Shown piece after piece: positions 63,200 through 64,000 of a stretch of DNA of 64,000 nt. The position numbers and the translations under genes were made by a program. Numbering within the stretch: the stretch's first letter is position 1; every line of letters begins with the position of its first letter. The DNA is from Takakia lepidozioides (Eukaryota > Plantae > Bryophyta): contig CM060731.1 in the NCBI GenBank assembly GCA_030704615.1, positions 51,274,001 through 51,338,000 of the forward strand. The letters run 5' to 3'. Under the pieces are notes generated by a model. That model saw only the letters and a list, made by a program, of their open reading frames with translations, was not told the origin of the DNA and did no database searches.

Positions 63200-64000
63200 T
63201 CAAGGAGGAGGGGAGTAGCCAAGACTGGGGAGAGGGGTGAGTGTGCTCCCTGAGAGTAAAGGGACATTGAGATGATTGGGGACAAAGGTGGAGCCGCCAC
63301 TGCTGCCACTGCCAGGGCTCCAGAGTGTTCTTACTGGCAGCTGCATTCCTGATGCTGGTGTGCTGGTGCTGCGGATGCATTGAGGCACGGGCAGGGACGG
63401 TAATCCAGCGGGAAGACATGCGAGTGGAGGGAGTGGGCGAGCTGGAAAGGTTGAGAGGCCAGCAGTTAGGGGTGCTCGAGCATGGGAGTAGCTTTTGAAG
63501 TCCCAAACATAAGCCAGAGCGCTGTTTGCTGCGACAGCAGGGCTCTTCATAGAGCAAGAATACTCGGACTGTTGTCTCGCATGAGCTGTGCTATGGAGCC
63601 TTTGCAGCAGTAAGTTATTGACGGCTGCAATCCGGTCATGTTTCCTGAAGCACTTGACATGCTTCACTGATGGGATATGCCGAAGGTTGAGATCAAGGTG
63701 GAGAGGGTTGACGTCAAAATGAGAGGAGGCAAAAAGGCTTGCTTTGTGCTTGGAGTGAATACAACCACTAACAGCAGCATTGCATCTGAGGGAGCGGGGG
63801 TGGAGTCTCATCAACTGCCCATGTCGGAGCACCGGGGTGATAAAGTTGGCAGTTGCAGCTTGACGTGTATCGTTCATGCTCGCACAGTTGGCATACATAT
63901 CTGCAGGGGCAGTCTCCAGGACGACATCTGTAGCAATTCCAGCTTTGACATGGCCATCCAACCTGGCCTGCTGCTTCTGCCGTGGAGGCAGGGGTAATTC
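63200..64000 (-). other. Coding-like ORF entering from beyond the window edge, possibly the LINE's upstream ORF
   Basis: 253-aa open frame on the same strand as the LINE. No recognised domain. Confidence 0.25.

Overview
Repeat-rich nuclear DNA from a plant, most likely a non-seed land plant such as a bryophyte (inferred from the FPA sequence, intron style and TE families). It contains one apparently intact gene, FPA (3 RRM + SPOC + Q-rich tail, 5 coding exons, 15350-21191). Almost everything else is nested, broken transposons. Three unrelated mobile elements carry chromatin or methylation modules: (1) a Ty3 LTR element with a DNMT3-like C5-methyltransferase and an integrase-PHD fusion; (2) a ~5.9-kb CAC-starting element with a RAG1/Transib-like transposase facing a convergent spliced BAH + ubiquitin-like gene, a ProtoRAG-like layout; (3) a Dualen/RandI-type LINE (APE + RNase H + RLE) with a chromodomain and a PCIF1-like N6-adenine methyltransferase-like domain. 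Element (2) lies inside a 9.5-kb Pack-type TIR element that captured gene 5' ends (including ATP23) and splits a hAT transposase. Complementary broken halves point to a ~40.7-kb inversion (about 11262-51951) and to precise relocation of the LINE's missing RT core. All domain calls come from motif recognition by eye; no searches were run.
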